Shown: piece by piece, positions 10,121 through 20,002 of the stretch
How positions within the stretch are numbered: the stretch's first letter is position 1
Layout: each line of letters begins with the position of its first letter
Assembly (NCBI GenBank): GCA_965208575.1
Contig: CBDBOV010000006.1
Coordinates: 1,312,001 to 1,376,000, forward strand
Source of the DNA: Spirochaetia bacterium
GTDB lineage: Bacteria; Spirochaetota; Spirochaetia; SZUA-6; Bin103
Direction of reading: 5' to 3'
Length of the DNA stretch: 64,000 nucleotides
The notes under the pieces: generated by a model
Databases searched by the model: none
Told to the model about the DNA's origin: nothing
The model's input: only the letters and a program-made list of their open reading frames with translations
Made by a program: the position numbers and the translations under genes

Positions 10121-10618
10121 ATGACCGACATCCTGCGACGCTCCGGCGCCATGCCGATGATGCTGGCCGCGGCCGCTTTGATGATGAGTTGCGACGTGCC
10201 TACCGCGACTCAGAAGCTAAGCGAGCAGACCCTGGCCGAGGGCGATCCGCCGAGCGCATCGGACATTTCCGGAGGCCGAGCGCTCCGCCGCTCCGACTTG
10301 GCTGGCGACAGTTGGAAGATCGTGTTTCAAGATGGCCTATCAACCCGAGGCCTGCCGCACTGGCCGCGCGTCTGGGTCGCCGTCGCACTTGGAACGAACG
10401 GACGCTACGTCGCGCATTGCGTGGAGGGGCGCTGGTGTGACGACCGGATCGGAGGAGGGGGTAGCTGGGATGTGGTAGACCGCGAGCTAAGTATCGGGGA
10501 GTTAGGCGGACCAGGATTCGAAGGGACATTCGCGAACGGCGTGCGTATCGACGCCAAAACGGTGTGCTTCGATCTGGATGCTCAGCGTTGCGGTGCCGTT
10601 CTGCAGAAGATCAGATAG
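10121..10618 (+). CDS. Hypothetical, probable lipoprotein
   Basis: Hydrophobic N-terminus ending ALMMSC; two Cys pairs; lower GC than the flanks. Confidence 0.5.
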   Translation: MTDILRRSGAMPMMLAAAALMMSCDVPTATQKLSEQTLAEGDPPSASDISGGRALRRSDLAGDSWKIVFQDGLSTRGLPHWPRVWVAVALGTNGRYVAHCVEGRWCDDRIGGGGSWDVVDRELSIGELGGPGFEGTFANGVRIDAKTVCFDLDAQRCGAVLQKIR

Positions 10619-10876
10619 GTGTCCGGACGCGGTGACCCTTCCGGATCCCAAGCTCCTGACCGCGTACCCCATGCCGCGAGTCTGCCAACTTTAAAGATAC
10701 ATACGCCGACGCTCGGTTGTGGGCGACCAAGCGCAGGACTGGAACCGCAGGCAAGCATGGTCTCGGTGCCACTGCCGCAACGCGCGAGCCGGACGCCTCG
10801 GCTGCCCGGCGGCGGCGTGCACGAACGGCTCGCCGGTTTGCGCCTTGGGGAGCGGCGGGTGTAGCGTTGGGGTGCG

Positions 10877-11476
10877 ATGCGAACCGCTCTGCTGGTGATC
10901 GACGTGCAGAACGACTTCTGCCCCGGCGGCGCCCTGGCCGTGACCGACGGCGACGCCGTGGTCGCGGCGGCGAATGCCCTGATGGCGCGCTTCGACGTGG
11001 TGGTGGCTACCCGCGACTGGCATCCTCCCGACCACTGCTCGTTCGCGTCCCGGCATCCGGGTGCCGCGCTGTACGACACCGTCGAGGTGGGCGGCGTCGC
11101 GCAGACGCTGTGGCCCGACCACTGCGTGCAGGGCAGCGACGGGGCGGCGTTGCATCCGCGCCTGGATCAGCGCGGCGTCGACCTGATTCTGCACAAGGGC
11201 ATGCGCCGCGACCTGGACTCCTACTCGGCGTTTTTCGAGAACGACCGCCGTACCGCCACCGGGCTGGCCGGCTACCTGCGCGAACTGGAGGTGCGGCAGG
11301 TGACGCTGTGCGGCCTGGCCACCGACTACTGCGTGCGCTACTCGGCGCTGGACGCCGCCCGGCTCGGGTTCGAGGTGTGCGTGATCGGGGACGCGTGCCG
11401 CGGCGTGGACGTGCCCGACGGCAACATTGCGCGCTCACTCGAACAGATGCGGGGCGCGGGAATCTCCATCGAGTAG
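10877..11476 (+). CDS. pncA: Nicotinamidase/pyrazinamidase
   Basis: LLVIDVQNDFCPGGAL, TRDWHP, WPDHCVQG, DSYSAF, GLATDYCV. Confidence 0.95.
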   Translation: MRTALLVIDVQNDFCPGGALAVTDGDAVVAAANALMARFDVVVATRDWHPPDHCSFASRHPGAALYDTVEVGGVAQTLWPDHCVQGSDGAALHPRLDQRGVDLILHKGMRRDLDSYSAFFENDRRTATGLAGYLRELEVRQVTLCGLATDYCVRYSALDAARLGFEVCVIGDACRGVDVPDGNIARSLEQMRGAGISIE

Positions 11477-11670
11477 GTGTCCGACCGATTGCGATGCGCC
11501 GCGGGAGCCGGACGGTCGAACCGCAAGCGGCATTCGGCGCCGCCGCGGCGCTCACTGCCCGCGCCGCGCCGCGCCTGCCGGCGGATCACGACCGGCGGTG
11601 AGCCCGTGGGCTCGGCTGCGATGGCCTTCGATGGCGGAATGAGCACGCGTACCGGGCGCGAGGAGTTGGC

Positions 11671-13044
11671 GTGACCTCGGCGCTGCTTACCGATCTCTAC
11701 CAGCTTACCATGGTGCAGGGCTACTTCCTGCGCCGCCGCGACCCGCTGGCGGCGTTCGAGCTGTTCTTTCGCCGCGCGCCGTTCGGCGGCAGCTACGCGT
11801 TGGCCGCCGGCCTCCAGGACGCGGTCGACGCCATCGCCGCGCTGCGCTTCACCACCGACGAGCTGGCATACCTGCGCAGCCTGGAGCTGTTCCGCGACGA
11901 GTTCCTGGCGTTCCTGGCGGAGTGGCGGTTCCGCGGCGCGCTGCACGCGGTGCCGGAGGGCACGGCGATGTTTCCCGGCGAGCCGCTGGTGCGGGTGACG
12001 GCGCGGCTGACCGAGGCGCAACTGGTCGAGAGCATGCTGCTCAACGTGATCAACTTCCAGACCCTGATCGCGACCAAGGCGGCGCGCATCGTGCAGGCGG
12101 CCGGCGGCGGTCCGGTGCTGGAGTTCGGGCTGCGCCGCGCCCAGGGCCGGGATGGGGCGCTGTCCGCCGCCCGCGCCGCCTATATCGGCGGCGTGCAGGG
12201 CACCTCCAACGTAGCGGCCGGCCAACGCTACGGCATCCCGGTGGGCGGCACCATGGCGCACTCCTGGATCCAGTCGTTCCCGAGCGAACAGGAGGCGTTC
12301 GACCGCTTCGCCGAGCTGTACCCCGAGCGGGCAGTCCTGCTCGTCGACACCTACGACACGTTGGCCAGCGGCATCCCGCATGCCATCCCGGCGCTGACCA
12401 GGTTGCGGGAGCGAGGACACGGCGGCTTCGGCGTGCGCCTCGACAGCGGCGACCTCGGACCGCTGAGCCGCGCGGTGCGGGCGCGCCTGGACGCCGCCGG
12501 ACTCCGGCAGGCACGGATCGTGGCCTCCAACGACCTGGACGAGGCGCGCATCAGCGAGTTGCGCGCCGCCGGCGCCCCGATAGACATGTGGGGCGTCGGC
12601 ACCCGCCTGGTCACCGCATACGACGACCCCGCCCTCGGCGGCGTCTACAAGCTGGTCGCCGTACATGACGGGGCCGGCTGGCGGCCGAGCGCGAAGCGTT
12701 CGGAGGAGGCGGGCAAGGCCACCCTGCCCGGCATCAAGCAGGTGGTGCGCTGCCGGGGGCCGGAAGGCGCAACCGAAGACCTGCTGTGCCTCGCCGACGA
12801 GGCCTCGTCCCTTGCCTCCGTGCATACCGGCGAGTTCCGCACCCCCCTGCTGGTGGAGTGCATGCGAGCCGGCCGGCGCCTCGCACCGGCCGAGCCGCTG
12901 AGCGTCATCCGCGACCGCGCTGCGGCAAGCCTCGAAAGTCTGCCTCCGACCACGCGTGCGCTCGTCAATCCGGCTCCCTATCCGGTACGACCTACCCCCA
13001 CACTGACCGCGATGCAACGCCAGACTGCGCCACACGACGCTTGA
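11671..13044 (+). CDS. pncB: Nicotinate phosphoribosyltransferase
   Basis: ALLTDLYQLTM, EFGLRRAQG, GTMAHSW, LVDTYD, GVRLDSGDL, ASNDLDE, GVYKL. Confidence 0.95.
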   Translation: MTSALLTDLYQLTMVQGYFLRRRDPLAAFELFFRRAPFGGSYALAAGLQDAVDAIAALRFTTDELAYLRSLELFRDEFLAFLAEWRFRGALHAVPEGTAMFPGEPLVRVTARLTEAQLVESMLLNVINFQTLIATKAARIVQAAGGGPVLEFGLRRAQGRDGALSAARAAYIGGVQGTSNVAAGQRYGIPVGGTMAHSWIQSFPSEQEAFDRFAELYPERAVLLVDTYDTLASGIPHAIPALTRLRERGHGGFGVRLDSGDLGPLSRAVRARLDAAGLRQARIVASNDLDEARISELRAAGAPIDMWGVGTRLVTAYDDPALGGVYKLVAVHDGAGWRPSAKRSEEAGKATLPGIKQVVRCRGPEGATEDLLCLADEASSLASVHTGEFRTPLLVECMRAGRRLAPAEPLSVIRDRAAASLESLPPTTRALVNPAPYPVRPTPTLTAMQRQTAPHDA

Positions 13045-13049
13045 TGCGC

Positions 13050-13230
13050 TCAGGTACTCCCCACGAACCTGACCCGCCCGACCCGATTCCGGGAAAGTCG
13101 TGAGATGATCGACAGCGCGTATGACCCGGTCGACGACCGATTGCGCGGCAGGTAGGCTGGTGAGTGCAATGTAGTCGCGAATATGGGCGAGGTCGCCGAC
13201 CGCGGATTCCTGCCACCTGAGTTCGACCAA
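13050..13230 (-). pseudogene. RelE/ParE toxin, 3'-truncated
   Basis: VELRWQESAVGDLAHIRDYIA...FPESGRAGQVRG; toxin-like sequence stops there and the frame runs antisense into pncB. Confidence 0.7.
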
Positions 13231-13236
13231 CAGGGG

Positions 13237-13449
13237 CTACTTGCGGAAGAACTCTCGGACCTGTTCCTGGGTGAGGAAGGAGCCTGGATCCCTGAGACGA
13301 CGCTCGGCCTCCGCAACCTGCTCGGAACTGAGGCGTACACTGCGCGGACCATCCTGGACGAAATTCAGCAGCAACCCGGCCGCTTCGTCCTGCCGCTTGC
13401 TCGGCAGGGTCCGAATTGCAGCGATCGCTTGCGAGAGCAACCTCGTCAT
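13237..13449 (-). CDS. Antitoxin partner of the ParE remnant
   Basis: MTRLLSQAIAAIRTLPSKRQDEAA...LSSEQVAEAERRL; position directly upstream of the toxin. Confidence 0.7.
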   Translation of the reverse strand: MTRLLSQAIAAIRTLPSKRQDEAAGLLLNFVQDGPRSVRLSSEQVAEAERRLRDPGSFLTQEQVREFFRK

Positions 13450-13607
13450 TACTGTCACTCTACCAACGACCGCAAGCCCTGGCGAGTCCCAGGCAGTCCC
13501 TGGCGAAACCCACCTGACTCCGGCGCCGAACGGGGCGCGCGGCGACGTGAACCACCTCGCCCGAGGATTCGTAATTGTGTAAGTTGGTTTCCATTTTCGG
13601 ACGATGA

Positions 13608-13627
13608 AAGTATGTTACATGTAATAC
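13608..13627 (+). promoter_or_regulatory. Palindromic operator candidate
   Basis: Perfect palindrome TTACATGTAA (13615-13624) in an AT-rich patch about 25 bp before the RHH-like gene. Confidence 0.4.
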
Positions 13628-13649
13628 CGCCCGGGAGGAGTATCATTCA

Positions 13650-14057
13650 ATGGGCAAGGACGACAAGACCGAACGCAAGCGGGCGGACGGGCCGCAGGTG
13701 ATCGCGATCAAGCTCGACAAGGCGGACGGCGCCGTCGGCGATGCGATCGGGGAGGTAGTCGCCACCACGGTCGGCGAATCGCTGCGCACTACGATCGAGT
13801 CGGTGCGCAGCAAGCGCGACAACGTGGTGATGGTCCGCGTCAGCGGCGAGAGCCTGACCAGGCTGGACGAGCTGGTGGATTGCGGCCTGACCAACAGCCG
13901 CTCGGAAGCGGCGGCGTTCCTGATCGCCGAGGGGATCAAGGCGCGCCACGACCTGTACGAGAAGATCGCCGAGCAGAGCAGGGTGATCCGGCAGGCCAAG
14001 GAGCGCCTCAAGGCGCTGCTCGACGACGAGGCGATACCCGAACCGGACGACGAGTGA
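13650..14057 (+). CDS. Ribbon-helix-helix-like hypothetical protein
   Basis: NVVMVRVSGESLTRLDELVDCGLTNSRSEAAAFLI followed by a coiled coil; RBS GGAGG; overlaps the next gene (GTGA). Confidence 0.65.
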   Translation: MGKDDKTERKRADGPQVIAIKLDKADGAVGDAIGEVVATTVGESLRTTIESVRSKRDNVVMVRVSGESLTRLDELVDCGLTNSRSEAAAFLIAEGIKARHDLYEKIAEQSRVIRQAKERLKALLDDEAIPEPDDE

Positions 14058-14554
14058 GCCACGCTGCCAACGATCGCACGGTCCACACCTTGCGGGTGAA
14101 CGGAGCCGAGCGGCGCGTCACGGCGGCACCGGATACGCCGCTGCTGCTCGTGCTGCGCAATGACCTGGGACTGACCAGTCCGAAGTACGGCTGCGGCGCG
14201 GAGCAGTGCGGGGCATGCATGGTGCTGGTCGACGGCCAGCCCGCGCCCACCTGCCGGCTGCCGCTGCGGGCGGCGGCCGGGCGCGCTATCGTCACGGTGG
14301 AGGGGCTGGCGCCGGGCGCGGATCTGCACCCGATTCAGGAGGCGTTCATCGAGCACAACGCGATTCAGTGCGGCTACTGCGCCGGCGGGGTGATGATCGC
14401 GGCCGCGGCCCTGCTGGCCCGGGAGCCATCGCCGACCCGGGAGCAGGTGCAGGCCGCGCTGGACCGCAACATCTGCCGCTACGGCGCCCACAACCGGATG
14501 ATCCGTGCCACGCGGCACGCCGCCGCGGCCGCGGCGCACGAGTCGGCACCGTGA
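14054..14554 (+). CDS. IorA/NicA-type [2Fe-2S] subunit
   Basis: PKYGCGAEQCGACMV, QCGYCAGG, NICRYGAH (the last expected Cys appears as Tyr). Confidence 0.88.
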   Translation: MSHAANDRTVHTLRVNGAERRVTAAPDTPLLLVLRNDLGLTSPKYGCGAEQCGACMVLVDGQPAPTCRLPLRAAAGRAIVTVEGLAPGADLHPIQEAFIEHNAIQCGYCAGGVMIAAAALLAREPSPTREQVQAALDRNICRYGAHNRMIRATRHAAAAAAHESAP

Positions 14555-17500
14555 ACGGCCGCATCGCGGAACGGCTGCGGTTCGAGCCCGACCGCACCGT
14601 CACCGTCCTGTCCGGCAAGGTGGAACTGGGCCAGGGGCTGAACGATGCGCTGACCCTGATCTGCAGCGAGGAGCTGGCGCTGGAGCCGAACCGAATCCGC
14701 GTGCGCTGCGGCGACACCGGTGCCACTCCCGACGACGGCCTCACCGCCGGCAGCGGATCGATGGAACGTGCCGGCGCCGCGGTCCGGGCAGCCGCACGCG
14801 CCGCGCGCCTCGAGTTGATCCTCCGCGCATCGAAGCGTCTCGGTGTGTCGCCCGGACGCCTGGTAGCGCACGCCGGGACGATCTGCCGGCACCCCGATGA
14901 CGTCGGCGGCGAACGGGGTCCCGCCCACGGCAAGGCCCCGCGTACGGCGGACCGCCCGCACAGCGGCCGCGGCTCCACGGCCCCCGCAGCCGGCGCAACC
15001 GCGGCCGGCGGCGGCATCGACTACTGGGAACTTCTCGACCCGAAGGACGCCGCGGCCCCGCCGGTTCGTCACGGCCACGCCGACGCGGCCGGCGCGACCT
15101 CCGCCGCAGCCGGGGGCGCCGCGCCCACGGGCAGCACCGCTGCGGAACTCGGTAGACGCCAGACTCACCGGAGCCGCCCGGCTGCGGCCGGGATGCCCCC
15201 GGCACCCGGCGACCGAGATCATTCCTCGCCCATCACGGTCGCCGCGCCGCGATCGGCACCGGTGGACGGCGCACGGCAAGTGCGCGATTCGTTTCCGCCG
15301 CCCCCCAAACCGGATGCGCAGCACCTCCCGACCACGGCCCCGAACCGGCCACTCGCTGCGCAGCGGAGCGAGTGGTGGCGGCGGGTGGACCGGGTGGTGC
15401 GCGCATGCGCCAACTTCGTGCACGACCTGCGCCTGCCGGACATGGTGCACGGCCGGGTGCTGCGCCCGCCCGGCTACGAGTACCGGCTCAACGCCGTGGC
15501 GGCGGACGCGGCGCGCGCCATGGACGGCGTGCTGGCGGTGGTGGTGGACGGCAGCTTCGTGGCGGTAGCCGCGGAGCGCGCGGAGCAGGCGGACGCGGCG
15601 CACGCCGTGCTGGCGGCAAGCGCTCGCTGGCAGCGGCAGGCGGACGCGCACCCAGGCGAGCGCCGCGCACCGGCCGAGACCACGCCGACCCGGCAGCACG
15701 GCGCTCAGGTACCCCGCCCGCCCGCCGACAGCGGAACACCGCAGCGCGGTTCGCAGGCCGCCGCCGCGGCCACGACGCTGCTCCGACGCCGGTCGCCGGC
15801 ACCGGGCTCGCCCGCGGCCGGTCGCGCGGCCCTGCGCGAGGCGCGGGCCGAGGTCACGCCGGGCCGGCAACGCGGATCCCCGTCGCCGGACCCGCCCGCC
15901 GCCGGCGCGACCGCCGCGCTCGACACGCCGGCCGCCGCCACGCCGCCGGCTGCCCGTGGTGGAACCCGGCGCGGCACCGACAGCGGGCGAAGCGCCCCGC
16001 CGGCGCGGCTCGGCTTGCCCGCCGATGGGCGCGCGGCGTTGTACGCGGCAAGGGCCGAGAGCAAAGCGATTCTGCGCCGCGGTTCGCCGCCCGACACGCA
16101 CACCGCCACCGTCTCGGCAACCTACTCGCGCCCGTTTCTGATGCACGCGTCGCTCGGGCCGTCCGCCGCCGCGGCGCGCCTCGACCGTGACGGCGGCCTG
16201 ACCATCTGGTCGCACACCCAGGGCCCGTACGAGTTGCGCGCCGCGCTGGCCGAGGCGCTGCGGCGCGCGCCCGAGACCATTCGCGTGATCCACGTCGACG
16301 GCGCCGGCTGCTACGGACACAACGGCGCCGACGACGTGGCGCTGGACGCGGCCCTGCTGGCGCTGGCGGTGCCGGGGCGGCCGGTACTGGTCACCTGGAG
16401 CCGGGAAGACGAGCACCGCTGGGAGCCATACGGGACGGCGATGATCGTCACCTGCAGCGCCGACCTGGACGCCGCCGGCTCGGTAACACGCTGGCGGCAT
16501 GAAGTGCGCAGCCACGCTCACGGTACCCGGCCACGCGGCACGCCGGGTCACTCCACGCTGCTGGCCGCCTGGCACCGCGCCACTCCCCTCACGCCGCCGG
16601 CGCCGCGCAACGGCACCGACCTTACCGCGGGACCGCAGCGCAACGCCGAGCCGTTGTACGACTTCCCCGGGCTCGCCATCACCACTCACTTCGTACCCGA
16701 GGCGCCGCTACGCGTGTCCGCGCTGCGTTCCCTGGGTGCGTTCGCCAACGTGTTCGCGATCGAGTCGTTCATGGACGAACTGGCGGCGCGCCGCGGCGCG
16801 GACCCGCTCGCCTACCGCCTGTGCCACCTGCGCGACGAGCGCGCCGGGCGGGTGCTTTATGCGGCGGTGCGCGCCGCCCCGGGCCGCCCCGCCCCCGCAA
16901 CGCGGTCCGTTCTCTCTCCCGCGCCAGACCCCGTCACCTCTGCCGATCACCACCGAGTCGTCGGCACGGGCATCGATTTCGCCGAGCCGGTCCGAGCCGC
17001 CGATGCACCTGCCACGGGCGCGGCGGCAGCGCCGGCCTGCACCGGTGACGAACGCCCGTTGGCGCCGGCGGCAGCCACCGCAACCAGCACCTCCGCCGAA
17101 CCTGCGCGGGCACCCGCACGTGCGCCAACCGGGAGACCGCCGGGGCCGCCGGGGCCGCCCGGGCAATCGCCGGCGAACGCCACCGGAGTGGCTGTTCCGA
17201 GCGCTACCGGCAACGAGCTGCGCGGGCGCGGCATGGCCGTGGCGCGCTACAAGAACCTGCAGGCGTGCGTGGCGGTGGTGTGCGACGTGGCGGTCGACCC
17301 CGGCAGCGGGCGGATCCGCCTGCTGCACGCCGCCATCGCCGCCGACGCCGGACGCATCGTCGACCGCGACGGGCTGGCCAACCAGCTCGAGGGAGGCTTC
17401 CTGCAGGCGGCGAGCTGGACGCTGAAGGAGGCGGTGCGCTGGGACCGCGAGGCGATCCGCAGCACCGACTGGGACACCTACCCGGTGCTGCGCTTCAGCG

Positions 17501-17766
17501 AAGTGCCGCCGGTAACGGTGCGCCTGGTCGACCGCCCGGATCTGCCAAGCGTCGGCGCCGGCGAGGCCGCCCAGGGCCCGACCCCGGCGGCGATCGCCAA
17601 CGCCGTGTACGCCGCCACCGGCATTCGCCTGCGCCACACCCCGTTCACCCCGGCGCTGGTGATGGCGGCTCTCGGTTCCGCCGGGAGCACAGCCACGGGT
17701 TCGGCTCACGCGCACCAGAGCCCGCGTTCGGTCTCGACGCCGGGCGGCGTGACCGGCCGCGGCTGA
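14551..17766 (+). CDS. IorB/NicB-type molybdopterin large subunit with long Ala/Pro-rich insertions
   Basis: SGKVELGQG, GDTGATPDDGLTAGSGS, FVHDLRLPDMVHGRVLRPP, GAGCYGHNGADD, LRSLGAFANVFAIESFMDELA, NQLEGG, GAGEAAQGP. Confidence 0.85.
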   Translation: MNGRIAERLRFEPDRTVTVLSGKVELGQGLNDALTLICSEELALEPNRIRVRCGDTGATPDDGLTAGSGSMERAGAAVRAAARAARLELILRASKRLGVSPGRLVAHAGTICRHPDDVGGERGPAHGKAPRTADRPHSGRGSTAPAAGATAAGGGIDYWELLDPKDAAAPPVRHGHADAAGATSAAAGGAAPTGSTAAELGRRQTHRSRPAAAGMPPAPGDRDHSSPITVAAPRSAPVDGARQVRDSFPPPPKPDAQHLPTTAPNRPLAAQRSEWWRRVDRVVRACANFVHDLRLPDMVHGRVLRPPGYEYRLNAVAADAARAMDGVLAVVVDGSFVAVAAERAEQADAAHAVLAASARWQRQADAHPGERRAPAETTPTRQHGAQVPRPPADSGTPQRGSQAAAAATTLLRRRSPAPGSPAAGRAALREARAEVTPGRQRGSPSPDPPAAGATAALDTPAAATPPAARGGTRRGTDSGRSAPPARLGLPADGRAALYAARAESKAILRRGSPPDTHTATVSATYSRPFLMHASLGPSAAAARLDRDGGLTIWSHTQGPYELRAALAEALRRAPETIRVIHVDGAGCYGHNGADDVALDAALLALAVPGRPVLVTWSREDEHRWEPYGTAMIVTCSADLDAAGSVTRWRHEVRSHAHGTRPRGTPGHSTLLAAWHRATPLTPPAPRNGTDLTAGPQRNAEPLYDFPGLAITTHFVPEAPLRVSALRSLGAFANVFAIESFMDELAARRGADPLAYRLCHLRDERAGRVLYAAVRAAPGRPAPATRSVLSPAPDPVTSADHHRVVGTGIDFAEPVRAADAPATGAAAAPACTGDERPLAPAAATATSTSAEPARAPARAPTGRPPGPPGPPGQSPANATGVAVPSATGNELRGRGMAVARYKNLQACVAVVCDVAVDPGSGRIRLLHAAIAADAGRIVDRDGLANQLEGGFLQAASWTLKEAVRWDREAIRSTDWDTYPVLRFSEVPPVTVRLVDRPDLPSVGAGEAAQGPTPAAIANAVYAATGIRLRHTPFTPALVMAALGSAGSTATGSAHAHQSPRSVSTPGGVTGRG

Positions 17767-18082
17767 GCCGTCGCCGTCGCGCGCGCGGCTCACACCCGAA
17801 CATGCGCCTGCTGGCGGCGAATCGCTGCCGAAACGCCGCAGCGGCACGCGCAACTCCGGGTGGCGGCGAACGCATTGCCGGGGCGGGCGGGCGGGCATCG
17901 GTCCCGGGGCGGCGGCCGGGCAGGTGCCGGCGGGGCCTCATGCGCGAAGCAGCGCCCGGGCCGGTGCCGGGCGGCCGCCACCGGGCAGTCGTACCGTGTG
18001 GCGCGCCGGGCGGCGCTCCGCCACGGTACGGCACAGGCGCAGCGGCGGACGGTCCGGGCTCAGCGCCGGTTGGCGGAAGCGG

Positions 18083-20002
18083 TCAGGTAGCGGATTGGGC
18101 GGCGGCGGCGCCGACGGCGGCGGCCGGGATGTCGTCGAACGAGGCGTAGTGCATGCCGTACAGGTTGGCGTACAGGCCGTCGAGCGCCATCAGCTCGTCG
18201 TGCGAGCCCTGCTCGATGATGCGGCCCTCCTGCAGCACCAGGATGCGATCGGCGTTGCGGATGGTGGCCAGGCGGTGGGCGATCACCAGGCCCGTGCGCT
18301 GATGCAGCAGGCCGCGCAGCGCGCGCTGAATCTGCATCTCGGTGTAGCTGTCGACATTGGCGGTCGCCTCGTCCAGCACCAGCACGCGGGTATCGGCCAC
18401 GATGGCACGTGCGAAGCTGATCAACTGGCGCTGACCGAGCGACAGATTGCTGCCGCGCTGCTCCAGGAGCGTGTTGTAGCCTTGCGGCAGGCGGGTAATG
18501 AAGTCGTGCGCGCCCACCGCCCGCGCCGCCTGCTCCACCTCCTCGCCGGTGGCGCCGCGGGCGGCGTAGCGGATGTTCTCAGTGATGGTGCCGGTGAACA
18601 GGAACGGCTCCTGCAGCACCATGCCGATGTGGCGCCCGAGCGACGCCTGGGTCACGTCGCGCACGTCGTGGCCGCCGACCAGGATCTGCCCCTGCCACAC
18701 GTCGTAGAAGCGATGCGCCAGGGCGGTGATGCTGGTCTTGCCGGAGCCGGTCGGCCCCACCAGCGCCACCGTCTCGCCCGGCTCCACCCGGAACGAGATG
18801 TCGTGCAGGATCGGCTGGCCCTCGACGTAACCGAAGGTGACGTTGCGAAACTCCACCGAGCCGTCGATGTCCCCCGGATCGTGCGCGCCGGGGCGATCCT
18901 CGATCTGCACCGGCACGTCGAGCACCTCGAAGATGCGCTGCCCGGAGGCCATGGCGCGCTGCATGATGCTGTACTGCATGGTGACCGACCGGATCGGGGC
19001 GAAGAAGCGCTGCACGTAGAAGAAGAAGGCGACCAGCACGCCAAGCTCGATCGAACCGCCGAGGGTCAGCGCGCCGCCGATCATCACCACCAGGCCGATG
19101 GCCAGGCCGGACAGGGTATCGACGGTGGGGATCATCGCCATCGAGAAGCGCGACGCCCGCACGTGGCTGCGCATGTTGTCGTGCACCTTCTCTTCGTACA
19201 GGTCGAAATTGACCCGCTGGCGGCCCATCTCCTGGATCAGGCGCACGCCGTTGATGCTCTCGGCCAGCGCGCCGTTGGCGGTGGAGCTGCTCTCCCGTGC
19301 CCCCAGGTACGCCCGCCGCGCAAACGGCAGCCAGATACAGCGTACGATCAGCAGGGCGGGTATGATCGCGAGGGTCATCAACCCGAGCGGCATGTTCAGC
19401 GTGAGCAGGATGACGATGATGCCGACCAGCAGCACCAGGTCGCCGATCGCGAACACGGTGGATTCCAGGAACTCCTGCAGCGCGTTTACGTCGCCCTGCA
19501 AGCGGGACATCAGCCGGCCCACCTCGGTACGGTCCATGAACGCCAGCGCGACCCGCTGCAGGTGCGCGTACATGGCGCGGCGCAGGTCGAACAGCACCTG
19601 TTCCGCCACCCGCGCCACCACCGCCTCCTGGATCAGGTTGGCCACGTAGTTGACCAGGACGAGCCCCGCGAACACGGCGCAGGCGCCGAACAGCAGGCCG
19701 CGTGCCGCCGAGCCGGCCTCCGCCATCAGCACGTCGTCCACCACCACGCGGATGATCAGCGGCAGCGCCATCTGCGAGAACGTGAACGCCAGCACCGCGG
19801 CCAGCGAGATCCACAGGCGCGTCCGGTAGGGGCGCACGAACGCCATGAAGCGCTTTACGACCCGGCCGTTGAACGCCGCGCCGAACATCTGTTCTTCCTG
19901 GTTCACCTGCGAGCCGACCGCGGCCAGCGGCGGCTGGTTCCCATTGCGGCGCGCCTTGGCCAGGTACACCTGATCGGTCGGTGCCGCTGTGCGGCTGCTC
20001 AT
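18083..20002 (-). CDS. ABC exporter permease/ATPase half (MdlB-like)
   Basis: TMD plus GPTGSGKT, LSLGQRQ, LVLDEAT, IAHRL. Confidence 0.93.
   Translation of the reverse strand: MSSRTAAPTDQVYLAKARRNGNQPPLAAVGSQVNQEEQMFGAAFNGRVVKRFMAFVRPYRTRLWISLAAVLAFTFSQMALPLIIRVVVDDVLMAEAGSAARGLLFGACAVFAGLVLVNYVANLIQEAVVARVAEQVLFDLRRAMYAHLQRVALAFMDRTEVGRLMSRLQGDVNALQEFLESTVFAIGDLVLLVGIIVILLTLNMPLGLMTLAIIPALLIVRCIWLPFARRAYLGARESSSTANGALAESINGVRLIQEMGRQRVNFDLYEEKVHDNMRSHVRASRFSMAMIPTVDTLSGLAIGLVVMIGGALTLGGSIELGVLVAFFFYVQRFFAPIRSVTMQYSIMQRAMASGQRIFEVLDVPVQIEDRPGAHDPGDIDGSVEFRNVTFGYVEGQPILHDISFRVEPGETVALVGPTGSGKTSITALAHRFYDVWQGQILVGGHDVRDVTQASLGRHIGMVLQEPFLFTGTITENIRYAARGATGEEVEQAARAVGAHDFITRLPQGYNTLLEQRGSNLSLGQRQLISFARAIVADTRVLVLDEATANVDSYTEMQIQRALRGLLHQRTGLVIAHRLATIRNADRILVLQEGRIIEQGSHDELMALDGLYANLYGMHYASFDDIPAAAVGAAAAQSAT

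Noticed and set aside
11338-13230. 630-aa ORF starting with a ParE-like N-terminus, as a toxin fusion
   Set aside because: After about 57 aa it is antisense to pncB; read-through of a truncated toxin in GC-rich DNA.
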